A DNA stretch of 64,000 nucleotides from the NCBI GenBank assembly GCA_010093815.1, contig ML996573.1; one strand, given 5' to 3'. Made by a program: the position numbers and the translations under genes. Within the stretch, counting starts at the first letter, position 1. Each line of letters opens with the position of its first letter. Shown here one piece after another: positions 23,180-34,566 of this stretch. Origin of the DNA: Pseudovirgaria hyperparasitica. Taxonomy: Eukaryota. The notes below the pieces were generated by a model. It was not told the origin of the DNA, did no database searches, and worked only from the letters and a program-made list of their open reading frames with translations.

Positions 23180-24510
23180 GACATCAGCTCACGGCTTCAT
23201 CACTCAGCTGCTCTTGTCTTGCCATCAGTGTTGTCTCACAGTCAAGTCTCCGATTCACACTACTACAACAAACCTTCTGGTCCTACATCTGACAGTACCG
23301 CTTCTGCTCCAGGGCTACTCAATCACACGGCTTCTTCGGTCAGCTAGGTCCAGTTCTCTCATTGAACTACTTTACATTACAGCTCTTTGGTCCACTCTCA
23401 ATCTGTGCCATTGACGCAACGATCAGCTACAATGTTGCCAAAGTCACTTCAGCCTGGGCTTCATCAACCAGCTAGCTCTGAGATTGCAATTGAGCTGCTT
23501 CATTATGCGGTTATCTCTAGTCCAGCACTCATTTCTGCCATCAAAGCATTGCTTCGCCGTATTGCTGCCAAAACTACTTCAGCTCACGGCTTCCTCAATC
23601 AAATAGTCTGGCAACTGAGCTGTTTCACAATACGGTTCTCTCTGGTCAGCATCATGGAACCAAGACCGATCCAGCTCACGGCTTCATCAATCAACCAGCC
23701 TTGCTATTGAGCTGCTTCACATCTCAGCTCTCTGGTACAGCACTGATATCTACCATCAAGGCATCATGCTACCAAAACCAATTCAGCTCATCGCTTCATC
23801 AATCAAGCAGTCTTACCATCGAGCTGCTCCAATCGCGGCTCTGTGGTCAACTGTTAATATCTGCAATCAAAGTATTGACTGGTCTTATTGCTACCAAAAC
23901 CATTTCAGCTCACAGCTCCATCAATCGACCAGTCTTACTATTGGTCTGCTTCACGTTTCGGCTCTTTGGCTCATTATTCAGCTGTGCCATCGAAGAACCG
24001 ACTCGCCTCATTGCTACCTGAATCATTTCAGCTCATGGAATCATGATTCAACCAGTCTTACTATCGAGATGCTTCACATCACGGCTCTCTGGTCAAGTTC
24101 ATCTCTGCAGCCAAAGCATCGTGGTCAAGTTCATCTCTGCAACCAAAGCATCGCTTGACCGCAATGCTGCCAAAGCTCATCCATTCCAGGGCTTCATCAA
24201 TCAACAGTCTTTCCATGGAGCTATTTCAAATCGTGGCTCTCTGGTCGACTGTTCATCTCTGCCATCGCATCTCATAGCACAGCTTCATCAACCAGTCTTG
24301 CCATTGAGCTGCTTTACTTCGCGGCTCTCTGGTTCACGGCTTTCTGGTTCACGGCTTTCTGGTTCACTTGCATATCTGCCATCGCAAGCCAGAGCACCGT
24401 TTTATCAACAAGCCTTACCATTGAGCTGCTTCACTTCACGGCTCTCTGGTCAACTGCTCATCTCTGCGGTCGAATCTTCACTTGACTGCAATGCTGTGAA
24501 CGCCTTCTCA
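23180..24510. repeat. Degenerate tandem array, ~110-130 bp unit, about 10-11 copies
   Basis: Recurring CAGCTCACGGCTTCATCAATCAACCAGTCTT..TTGAGCTGCTTCAC..GGCTCTCTGGTCA..ATCTCTGC. Unit starts at ~23185, 23450, 23580, 23672, 23784, 23906 and 24029, among others. Confidence 0.85.
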
Positions 24511-24544
24511 TGTCATTGCGCACAAGCAAACGTCGCACCTTGGC

Positions 24545-25410
24545 TCACTCAGCACAATCAAATCTGCTGTCGAGGTGTCTTTGCACAGCAAAACTGCCAC
24601 AGAGACCACTGTCCGTACCATTCAAAGGGCAGAATCTCACACTTTGGCTCCTCCGGCACAATCAAATCCGCCGCCGAGTCATCCATCACACACGGTCCAT
24701 GTTCTGGCTCACTAGAGGTGAAAACATTCAACACCACGGCAGCTTCAGGACCGCACTTTCAATCATCAACGTGGCAGGCACCTCACATCTATCGAGACTG
24801 CTACACATCAACCACCGTCCAACCTGGCACTGATTCCAATACAGTCCTTGCCAGCGCAGACAGACGACTCGGCACAATCAAATCTACTACTGCCAGAGTC
24901 AAACTGAAACGCGGAGCATCCCAGCCAAATTCCAACCATCAAAGCGGCTAGGATTCCTCACTTCCAAATCATCATCACGGCAGCTCACATCCATCGAGAC
25001 TGCCACACATTGAAAACCATCCAACCTGGCACTGAATCTCAATACAGTCCTTGCCAGCGCAGACAAACGATTCGGCACAATCAAATCAATTACTGCCGGA
25101 GTCAAACTCAAAATGCGGACCATCCCAGCCATTTCCAACCATCAAAGCGGCTTAGGTCTACAACATTCAAACCATCGTCGCGGCAGCTCACATCCATCGA
25201 GAATGCCGCGCATCAAAGATCAATCATCCTGGCACTGACTATCAATCCAGTCCCTGCCAGCGGAGCATTCCAGCCATTTCAAACACATCAAAGTGGCTTG
25301 GGTTCCGTCCTTTCACATCATGATGGCAGCACGGCAGCTCACATCCATCGGGACTGCCGCACATCAAACATCATCCAACCTGGCACTGAATCCCAATACA
25401 GTCCAGTCCA
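24545..25410. repeat. Degenerate tandem array, ~150-200 bp unit, about 4 copies
   Basis: GGCACAATCAAATC at ~24655, 24871 and 25074; CAGCTCACATCCATCG at ~24981, 25184 and 25335; CCAACCTGGCACTGA at ~24819, 25021 and 25375. Confidence 0.85.
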
Positions 25411-25727
25411 TGACAGCACAAAGACCGATCATCATCAAAGTGTCTACTCACTGCTGCTCCAAAACACAAAAAACAAATAAAAATCGCCGCATCTGCACTC
25501 AACTCGGCAACGGAGAACATCTTTCCGGATGTAATGGTAAACGTCGGACATGGGAACATTTGCCTGTCTTTACTTACTTTGCCTTTCTCTCCTCCTTCAC
25601 TGTGTGTGCTTTGTCAATGTCGCGTGTTGTGGATTGGAAGAAAATCACGATCCTTTCCTCGCAGCACGGCATTGCACAGCACACACAGCACAACAACACA
25701 ACACGGAAAAACCAACAGCCATCACCG

Positions 25728-26297
25728 CCCTCGCGCTGGACTCAACCAGACCCGGGCTCGGTGGATCGGTCGGTCAGTCAGTCAGTCAGTCAGCAAAGTC
25801 AAAAACATCATGTGACTGCTGCTGCTGCGATTCAATCTTGTCATTCTTTGTACTTTACACAACCCTCGCGCTGGACTCAACCAGACCTGGGCTTGGTCAG
25901 TCCGTCAGTCAGTCAAAACAATCTTGTAAAAAAATCTTTCATGTAATGTCTGACCATCGACACCGACTGCTCCTACTCTTTGTATTTCTTACCCTTTTAT
26001 GTTTTTCTCACACTTCATGTACTTGGGGGGCTCTGGTTTGATCTAAAAAAAAAAAAAAAAAAAAAAGGTACATACCATCCCATCCCTCCCATCTCGTCAC
26101 ATAAAGACATTACACACATGCATATACAAGCACACACGACCCCTCGCGCTGGACTCCACCAGACTTGGGGCGCAGGGTGGATGTGGATCGGTGCAGAAAG
26201 AAAAAAAAAACAGGCAGAGAAAGCCAGAAAAAAAATCAGTCGGAAAGCACAGTCAGACGACCTTGAATGTAAGAAAAAGCACCTTCATGTAAATGTC

Positions 26298-26333
<36 letters not shown>

Positions 26334-26760
26334 CCATCGACACCGATACCAATACCTAGCTGCTGCGATGCATTTCTTGTCGTTTCTTGTCATTATTGTA
26401 CTTCATGTCCTTCATGAATGTCATGTACTTCATGTATGTCATGTAACTTCATGTACTTCATGTACTTCATGTACTTCATGTACTTCATGTACTTCATGTC
26501 CTTCATGTATGCCATGTACTTCATGTATGTCATGTACTTCATGTATGTCATGTACTTCATGTACTTCATGTCCTTCATGTATGTCATGTAACTTCATGTA
26601 CTTCATGTAACTTCATGTATGTCATGTACTTCATGTAACTTCATGTAACTTCATGTAACATCATGTACTTCATGTAACTTCATGTAACTTCATGTAGATC
26701 ATGTACCTCATGTACACCCTCGCGCTGGACTCACCCAGACCTGGGCTTTGGCGTTGGATC
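25728..26760. repeat. Four copies of CCCTCGCGCTGGACTC(A/C)(A/C)CCAGAC within larger duplicated units
   Basis: Copies start at 25728, 25863, 26141 and 26717. Confidence 0.9.
26395..26716. repeat. 9-10 bp minisatellite (CATGTACTT/CATGTATGT/CATGTAACTT)n
   Basis: Directly visible; about 30 TGTA on the + strand. Preceded by (GAT)n at ~26298-26333 and poly-A at ~26045-26067. Confidence 0.95.
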
Positions 26761-27149
26761 GGTCGTCCCCTAGTCAGTCAGACAGCTCAAAACAAAATCA
26801 TGTAAAACGAAACCATCATGTAACACGCAGCTATCTACCTTACATGGATATACAATCTACCGAAAACCCAACCAAAATCCAACCAAAATCTACAGTCTTT
26901 ACCAAATCGTTCTTGTGCATCTGTCATCTCTGATACACTTATCTGCAAGCTCTGTTCTTCAAATTCACACGTCAGGCCAAGGAAACGTCAAGCTAGGATC
27001 ATGGTTTCTGTAACAGAACGCGGGTGTTCGAGTGCATGACTTAATATTCCTGTTGTCGTCCTGCTGTGCTTCACTTCACGTTCATGCATGCGATCGTCAC
27101 GAAGATTATCCAACTGAATGTATTGAGCATGCACCGGGCTGTCTATTCT

Positions 27150-28592
27150 TCAAGCTGGACCATCATCGTTTGCTCTACCCTTGCCCTTGTCATTCTTGCC
27201 CTCACCACTGGCCTCATGCCCGCCAGTTTCATGATTACCAGTTTCATGCTCGCCCGTCTCATGCTCACTAGTCTCAGGCCCACTAGGTTCAGGCCCACCA
27301 GTCTCAGGCCCACCAGTCTCCTGCCCGACGGTCTCAGGCCCGCCAGTCTCAGGCCCGCCAGCCTCAGGCCCCTCCTGGCCCTCCCTTTGCGCAGTCGTAC
27401 GATAGCCGGCAGTCCTGTAGTAGACATTGATCCACGCCAAGTCCGCACCAGGATCCTCGGGTTCCTCAGTGTCCGTCTCGTCTTCGCCTGGCGGGGTTGG
27501 CAGCATGAAACCCTTTTTCCTCAGCTTCTCGTCCGTGTTTGGTTCCGGCTGTGCTCGAGGTTGCGAAGGGCCGGCATGGGCCTGATCATCTGTCGTGGCC
27601 GACTGCCTACGGCTCGCGAGAATGTCTTCCATGGTCCTTATTTTCCCTTTGGGATACCTCGACGAGTCCCAAGGTAGCTCAGGCGCTGTGTTGTCCTCGG
27701 ACCCGTCAGTCTCAGGAACCAAAGTCGGAACGTCCTCGTTTGGTGGCAGTGTTGCATTGCGTATACCGTTGGTCAGCTCAATTCTCGGTGGCCTGTCTGC
27801 CGTCACTGTTGAGGCAGAAGAGGCTGGTACGCTAGAAGCATTACGCGTCCTCTTCCTTAACCAGATTCCTGGCGGATCCTCCGATATTCTCGAAGATCCC
27901 GGTGAAGAAGGAGCTGGTCTGTCTGTGCTGGGCGCGCGTGTCTCTGACGACTCACGTGCTAGCGAGCTCAGTCTCCGTCTTCTCGACAGGTCATCCAAGG
28001 ACGATGCCGCGCCAGCACTTTCTGAAGGATGTTCTTGTGGCTCATGTCGCCCCAGGAGAGGACTTGACGACCTCAAGTACCAATTAGAATTAGACTCCGA
28101 GGGTGAAGAATCGTTCTGTTGTAAATGTGTTCGGTCGGGCGTCTGATGGACAATGACCGTCTCGGGCAGGCTGGGAGTTGAAGCCAATGAAGCTTGGGAG
28201 TTCGGAGGTTGTTGGCGTGCACCAGTAGGTGCCAGAGGATCAAGGTTGACACTCTCAAGACTGTCTCGGAGGGATGTGGGTTCGTTCGAGGGCGGATCTT
28301 GCAGTGTGACGCGAGGCGCTTGCATCGAGGTTACGGACGCGACCTTGTCGAGGTCTCTCCGTAGGGTTCTGCAGAACTCGTCTGTTCCTGAGGAGGCTGT
28401 TGAGGTCAGCTAGCTATCATGCCTTCCCACGTCCCGCACGCAGACTGTCTTGAATAGTGACGCACATGCTGTCTGCGATGCCCCACCAATGGATTGTGAG
28501 GTTTGCGTATTCGTGGAGGTCTGTCCGACATCTTTGACCTGGGTCTGACTTGGGGTTGGGCTTCTGGCCAGACACGAAAGACAGCCACCCAT
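27150..28592 (-). CDS. Orphan disordered protein with N-terminal MGGCLSC acylation-like motif and C-terminal pentapeptide repeats
   Basis: Exon 28466-28592 (MGGCLSCLARS..) and intron 28397-28465 (GTGCGT..CTGAC..CAG) join in frame to ORF 27150..28325. (P/H)ETG(G/E/N) repeats are encoded by a 15-bp array at ~27205-27375. Confidence 0.65.
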
Positions 28593-29087
28593 GTTCGACG
28601 AATGAGAGGTATGGGTAGGCAGATGTTGTAGCACGGATGAACGAGAGTAATGCTTTGATAATAGATGGATCGACCGATGTGATGGAGATAAATGGTGGTA
28701 ACAGATGTAGCGGTGAGATGATGTCTGCGAAGGAGGGAGCTGGTAGGTAGAGATGAGTTGAGTGATTGAAGCTTAAGCAGTGCTGTTGGGGTCTGTATAC
28801 AGTGGCTCCTGCCGGTTTCTGCGACGCGTGATTACTACATTTGGGCTTCACCTCACGCGTGTTGATGTCACTCGCAGTGCCCTTATTAGATGGATGGACT
28901 ATCAGTCAAGCCGAGCATTTCCAATGGGTATATATTTTTTTGGGTGGGGGGAAACGTCTAATCATAGGCTTCCGTATGTACAATCGGATGGGGTGTTATG
29001 TCAGTGTATGATAGACCTATCGGCCCGCGTAGGTACTAGCGACTGTCGTCGTCGTAGGCATCGATACCTTCTCATATGATTGGACTC

Positions 29088-29874
29088 TCATCTGGCCAAT
29101 CTTCGTCGCTGTCGACTTGCTCTTCGTGTGCGCCGAGGGACGATAGTGATCCATCTGCGCAAATGATCTTCTCCGAGCCCGTCAGCATAATAGGCTGTCG
29201 TGACAAGAGGAGGCCAGACCTGGGAGTAGATTAGTATCGGAAAGTCGATTTCAATACGCCAAAAAGGGCCAAAGAGAGCCTCACCTGAACAGCACAAGAT
29301 CCACAACCTCAGCAATGACACCAAGAAGCGCCAGCACAAGCACTGCACCCACGACAAATGTTGCTTGGCTTGGCTGCCAAGACTCGTCCATCTCTGCAAC
29401 ACCGCGAACGAAAGCCCTCACATCTCTGGAGCTGGACCATTGCGTGGGTCTGCACATGACAACACCCTCCTGTAATGTCTGCCGTAATGCATCGCTGCCG
29501 TTGGCTTCATCCTCGCTAGGCCTGTGGACGCCGAGTACACGCACCGAGGAAGCGCCGACGCGATCCGAGCTATGACCTGGCACCTGGTCGGATTTGGAGA
29601 GGAAGGTTTCCCAGTGATGAGCATCATGTTCACGCCAACGTTCCAATTTGGAAGCCAGTTGCTGGCAATCGGGGGATGATGAGAGGTAGGAAGGACTGCT
29701 CGTTGCAGTGTTGAGCCAGACGTTGTGAGGAATGACGGTGCAGTGGCAGTTTGGCTGGCGTGCGGAGTGACGTTCGGAACAGTGTAAGATGGGCTGTGCG
29801 AGCGAGGCGGGAAGTAAGGAAAACGAGGCGATGAGGGAGAAGAACAAGGCTTGTCTGGCGTGACGTCGAGCCAT
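29088..29874 (-). CDS. Hypothetical protein with signal peptide and one C-terminal TM helix
   Basis: ALFFSLIASFSLLPASLA signal-like segment; TM FVVGAVLVLALLGVIAEVVDLVLF. A GTGAGG donor near 29284 suggests a further short exon, so the 3' end is uncertain. Confidence 0.55.
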
Positions 29875-30234
29875 GGCTGTGAGATATATATATATATATG
29901 TGTGTGTGTTTGTGGAGGTATGCAGCAGGCAACGAGAAAGGAGCGTTGTCGTTCCAAGTGCGTATGTGTGTGTGTATGTCCAATGCGGGAAAGGAAGGGT
30001 TTATCAAAGCAGTCAGACGTGAGTGCTATAGTGGTTGGTGGTGGTAGGCCGAGTTCGTGGAGATGGTAAATGAGAGTGATGCAAGGGAGTGTGGTAGCAC
30101 GGAGTGTGATTGATTGTAGTGCCAATATATAGCGAGTGAGGGGGCACAAAGGTGGTTGAAGACGGGGTAATGGGAGTAGTGGGAAGACGGGGGATTTGGG
30201 CGGATAGAAGGTATCTTAAGTGACTTAAGTGATT

Positions 30235-30236
<2 letters not shown>

Positions 30237-30284
<48 letters not shown>
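30237..30284. repeat. (GA)n microsatellite
   Basis: Directly visible. Confidence 0.95.
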
Positions 30285-30288
<4 letters not shown>

Positions 30289-32161
30289 TGCTGTCGAGTT
30301 AAAGAGGAGAGAGTAGGTACAAGGGGGCGCAGCAGGGGCAGAGGGTACTAAGGTATAGTGGTATAGTACAGTAGTATAGTAATTAGGCAGCAGGGCCGAG
30401 GGCGCGGGACGGCCTGGACGCAATCGAATGGAGCGTATGTATGGCTAATTAATTATATTGGAGAATTGTTGTTTTGGGAGGGTGGTGACATCTATTACTA
30501 TTGCTATTATCATTGTTGTTATCCTTATCATTATCATTATCATTACAGTATTGTCAATTGTCCAGTGCATTGGAGCATTGATTACTCTTTGGTGGCTGGT
30601 GGAAGGGAGAATGAGAAACAGTCGGGTGCAGGCGGATCGGCAGTTGTTTTGATGAGCTTGTTGGGTTTGTTGGTTTTGTTTATTTCTATTATGAATTGAT
30701 TACCACTGTCACGGTGCTTCTCAGGCCATCCATTTCCAGCGTCTGTTTGCTTCTTCTTCTTCTTCTTCTTATTCTTCCTCCAATTACTCAGGTGAAGGTC
30801 TAGAACAGAGCACAGAACCCTCTCGGCTGTTAATGCTAGGTAATGTGGCTGGCTGGCTATTAATAAACCCCCGAACTATAATGCGCAGACCCCAGTATTA
30901 GCAGTGCGCTGTCCGTGTCCAGCTTTGCGCACCCTTTGCCCACCTTTGGCCATTTCGTCTTCCCCAGCCCAGGTACCGGGCCGAGTACTGTACATGCATA
31001 ATCGTATATACTAATCTGTACCTGTCGATCCATCATCACAATATGCAGATCCCGTGCCACTCTAAACTTCCTCCTCCTCTTCATCATCATCATCATCATC
31101 ATTCGCCCGTCAAATCTCCTATCAATACACTCTGCCAACTACAAAACATGCACCTCGCTCTTGTTGGAACTCAACCTCCTCGACAGCCATGCCAACATCA
31201 CCAGACAAATCCTACACACAGGCCATTGCCTCACATCGACCGGGGATGGATGCCACGCCAGCCTCAACACTCACTCACTCGGACTGCACTCCAGTCTCCT
31301 CGATCATCTCCCAAAGACTCCACCAACTGCCGCAGAAGCCGGCCAGTGCCACATGCCGGCCTGTCCCTATTCATCATCAAACATCCGTTTCACCATCTGA
31401 CGTCTTCCTGTTCGTGCTGGGCCCGAACCACTTACAGCATCTATGTCCATGCTCCACAAGCACGCCGGTCAGCCCGGCCGGGGAAAGCTTGTACCTAAGT
31501 ACTGTCTACACAGCACCCTACGCATTCGAACATACAATGATGACATCCTTCCCCCGGCCTATTCGTCGCAATTCTTTCTTGTCTTTTTCCCAATCCAGTC
31601 AGTAACATATCTGCCCTGCGTCAGTGATTGATGGCCGAGCAATTCTGCTGAAAAAAAAAAAAGATCGGCAGTTGTTCATGGGCAAGGGAAGTTATTTTTA
31701 AAAGCTTTCCCCAACCTACCTCGGAAAGAAAGCACCGTCGTCCCCCCTACCCTGCATGCATTCTTCCCCTTTGTTTCTATTGATAGGTCCGTCGGAAAAG
31801 CTTGGTAAAAGCTTGGCGATTCATCTTTCCATGCATCACTGCTTGCTATCCCGCTTTGGGAAAGTGCTGCTGCTGGTCGAGTGGAGACTGATAATTGGGG
31901 ATTGGGCGAAGAAAGGTAGGTAGAGAGCACGTGATGGCAGTTGCATCGGCGAAATACTCGCTACATCACACACCCGTCGGCCTACTAATCAATTAATAGT
32001 AGCTGAGCTGAAAACTTTAAAAGTAGACTACAGGCGCCACACCCGTGGCTGACTCGTACATTGCATAGCCACGTGGCTAATGCCCCACGTGGCTAATGCC
32101 CCTTCTTCATGCAAGACAATTGTCCGACCCTCCGACATATAATATTACATATCCTCGCATA

Positions 32162-33593
32162 TCACCTGTTTCCTGTTTCCACACCACCTGCTTTGGAAAG
32201 TAACCGTTCCAATCCCTCATCACCTCGATAGCGCTCCAACGCCACTTGTCTCCATTCCCCCCACTCCAACCCCTGATCAACACGAACCGCATCCCTCAAC
32301 CCTTTGAACAGCCCAAGGAATCCATTCCAGTCAGCAACGAGGTCGTATCCGCAACAGAACGCAAACCGATGCTGTAATCGCCCATCTCGCACGGCCTGCG
32401 CTAGGCTTGGTGCGCCTCTGCTTTCCAGTATCCCCGCCAGCATCTCCTCTTCCTCTCCCAATGTGTTGAGGCCGTCGTAGAACTCGCTTACGGGAAGGAG
32501 GCCGATGGGCGAATTGAAGGCTATCGCTTCCGGCGCTGTGTATGCCCACTCCCAGTCGATGATGGCGGTGATGTTGTACTCGCTGTCGACGAGAATGTGG
32601 TCGCCCTTGTCATCGGCATGCTTGAGGTAGAAATGGCCGTCTTGAGCAGGGAGAACCGACGGGACCAGGTCGAGGAGAAAGCGGTGGACGAGGTATGCGT
32701 CGATGGGATTCTGGGCGTACATTTCCTCTCGTAGGATGAGGTCTAGTATAAGCCTGATCGAGGCAGCATGATAGTCCTGGAGCGCAGAATATGGGCCCAA
32801 GGGCGCCATACGAGAGCCCGTAAAGTCGGCCAAAGACTCGCGAGCAAACGCCCCGACACGACTCGACGCCGCAGTACCCAAACACCCCATCTCCTCAAAC
32901 GGATACTTCCGCAGCTCAATAAACACATCCGCAAGCTGCTCCACGATCTTCCGCCGTTGCGCCGGCGCAGCAAGCGACCATCGCAGCGCCGTCCCCGCCA
33001 TCTTCTCCACCAGCATATACCCTACACTCCCCCGCCCTTCCGGCACAAAGTCAAACACCCTCGGCGCCGGCACCGCCGTTCCAGCCAGAAACCTCATCGT
33101 CGCCACCTCGCTCCGCAGAATATAGTCTCGCAGCGCGGCCGGCGGCGACGTCGCATTCACCCGGCGTATCCGCGCCAACCACACCACCCCGTCCTCAAAC
33201 ACCACATCGACATGATAATTCATCCCGCCCATCACAGCGCTCCGTCTCGCCCGATCATACTCCAACGCAGGGATAGAACAGCGCATCCCATCCCGTAACG
33301 CGCTCGCATGCGCGGCCAGCGCGTCTGTGTCGATCCTTGCGAATAGAGCCTCCATCTCCCGCTTCTCTGCCTCCTGGGCGGCGGGATCGTATCTTTCTGC
33401 GTCCTGTCAGGTCGTTAGACACATAGTATCAACATTATCGTATATAAGGTTATAGACAGACCTCCCAGGCAGGACATCCATGAAACGGAGTTTGCACGTG
33501 CGAGGAGCAAAGGTGCCGGTTGCATAGCATGCAATCACCGCTGCGCACGGCAGGTTTCGAGCAGCGCGCAGCGTCACATGTCCACATTGGCAT
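32162..33593 (-). CDS. APH/choline-kinase-like (protein-kinase-like fold) phosphotransferase with N-terminal Cys/His zinc finger
   Basis: Exon 33462-33593 reads MPMWTCDAARCSKPAVRSGDCMLCNRHLCSSHVQTPFHGCP; intron 33404-33461; then GGMNYH, WLARIR, SEVATMRFL, VPAPRVF and LKHADDKGDHILVD..IIDWEW. Confidence 0.85.
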
Positions 33594-34566
33594 TATGCGA
33601 CGTGTCTGACCGGAAGGCTGCTTGAGAGCGGGCTGGTTGATTTTAATGCGGACTTGGGACTTGGATTGGGCGCCGGCGACTCACTGGAGGAGGTATTAGT
33701 AAGCCGGGTTAGAATATTGAGTTATCTTGGGATATACATAATAATGTCTCGACAACCTTCCGCTCGTCTACTCCTGTATCGCGTCACGATGTTTTTACGT
33801 CCTAGTGTTAAGTTTGGGTACAGTAGTATGTTAAATACTCAGTTAGTCTTACAGTACTTACGAACCGACACACACACACACACACACCACGCTCTTTTCT
33901 GTTCCAATTATCCATGGGGTTTATTAATTAATTAGCATAGCACCCCAACCCCAAATATAAAGAAAATTTTCCAAACTGCTCGACGCCACACCTCACCCAC
34001 CCACGCACCTCGTCTGATAATTATCTTCTCAGCCCTGCGCTGCAACACTCACTGCGAGGCTTTCTTCGATAATAGTTTGGGTCGCATTCCATCCCGTGGA
34101 CCCTGGCACCTACCCAGCCAACGCGACTTGACGCGACGCGACGTGACGCGACGTGACGCGAACATGCGAACACGCTAACTCCACTCTCAACCATGCAAAC
34201 CACATCCGGAGATCTCTCCTAGCGTCTCCGTGGGGTACCACCAATCCAATCACACCAAAGCAACTCCATCTACACCTACCTATCCATTCACTATTACATC
34301 GCCGTCAGAACCACGTATGCTTAGTATATATCATAGAACATAACTGCAAGATATAGATAGGTAGGTAGATAGGTAGGTAGGTAGATGGTAGGTAGATGGT
34401 AGGTAGATGGTAGGTATTACACACTGCACTAGAAAGTAGTGAGGATGCGATGTAATTTAATTCATGTGGTTCATTTAATGCATTCAGTCAGTTCATTCAG
34501 TCGGTTCATTCAGTCAGTTCACATACATATCACTATACGAGTACACAGCAACACACAACCCACCAT

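Noticed and set aside
22467..23414. 315-aa Ser/His-rich ORF
   Set aside because: Non-ATG start, low complexity, overlapping ORFs in several frames due to strand skew, and no motif.
23180..24510. ~41-codon unit (SAHGFINQ..SGQLLISA) as WD40/NLR-type coding repeats
   Set aside because: No WD/GH consensus, frequent indels switch frames, and there is no NACHT/NB-ARC upstream.
26293..26610. Cys-rich metallothionein-like ORF (SCTSCT..) and its antisense MKYMKY ORF
   Set aside because: Both are translations of the 9-bp minisatellite, and 10-bp units break the frame.
25728..26760. Repeat-spacer pattern as a CRISPR array
   Set aside because: Eukaryotic context, spacers of ~100-550 bp that are partly homologous to each other, and no cas genes.
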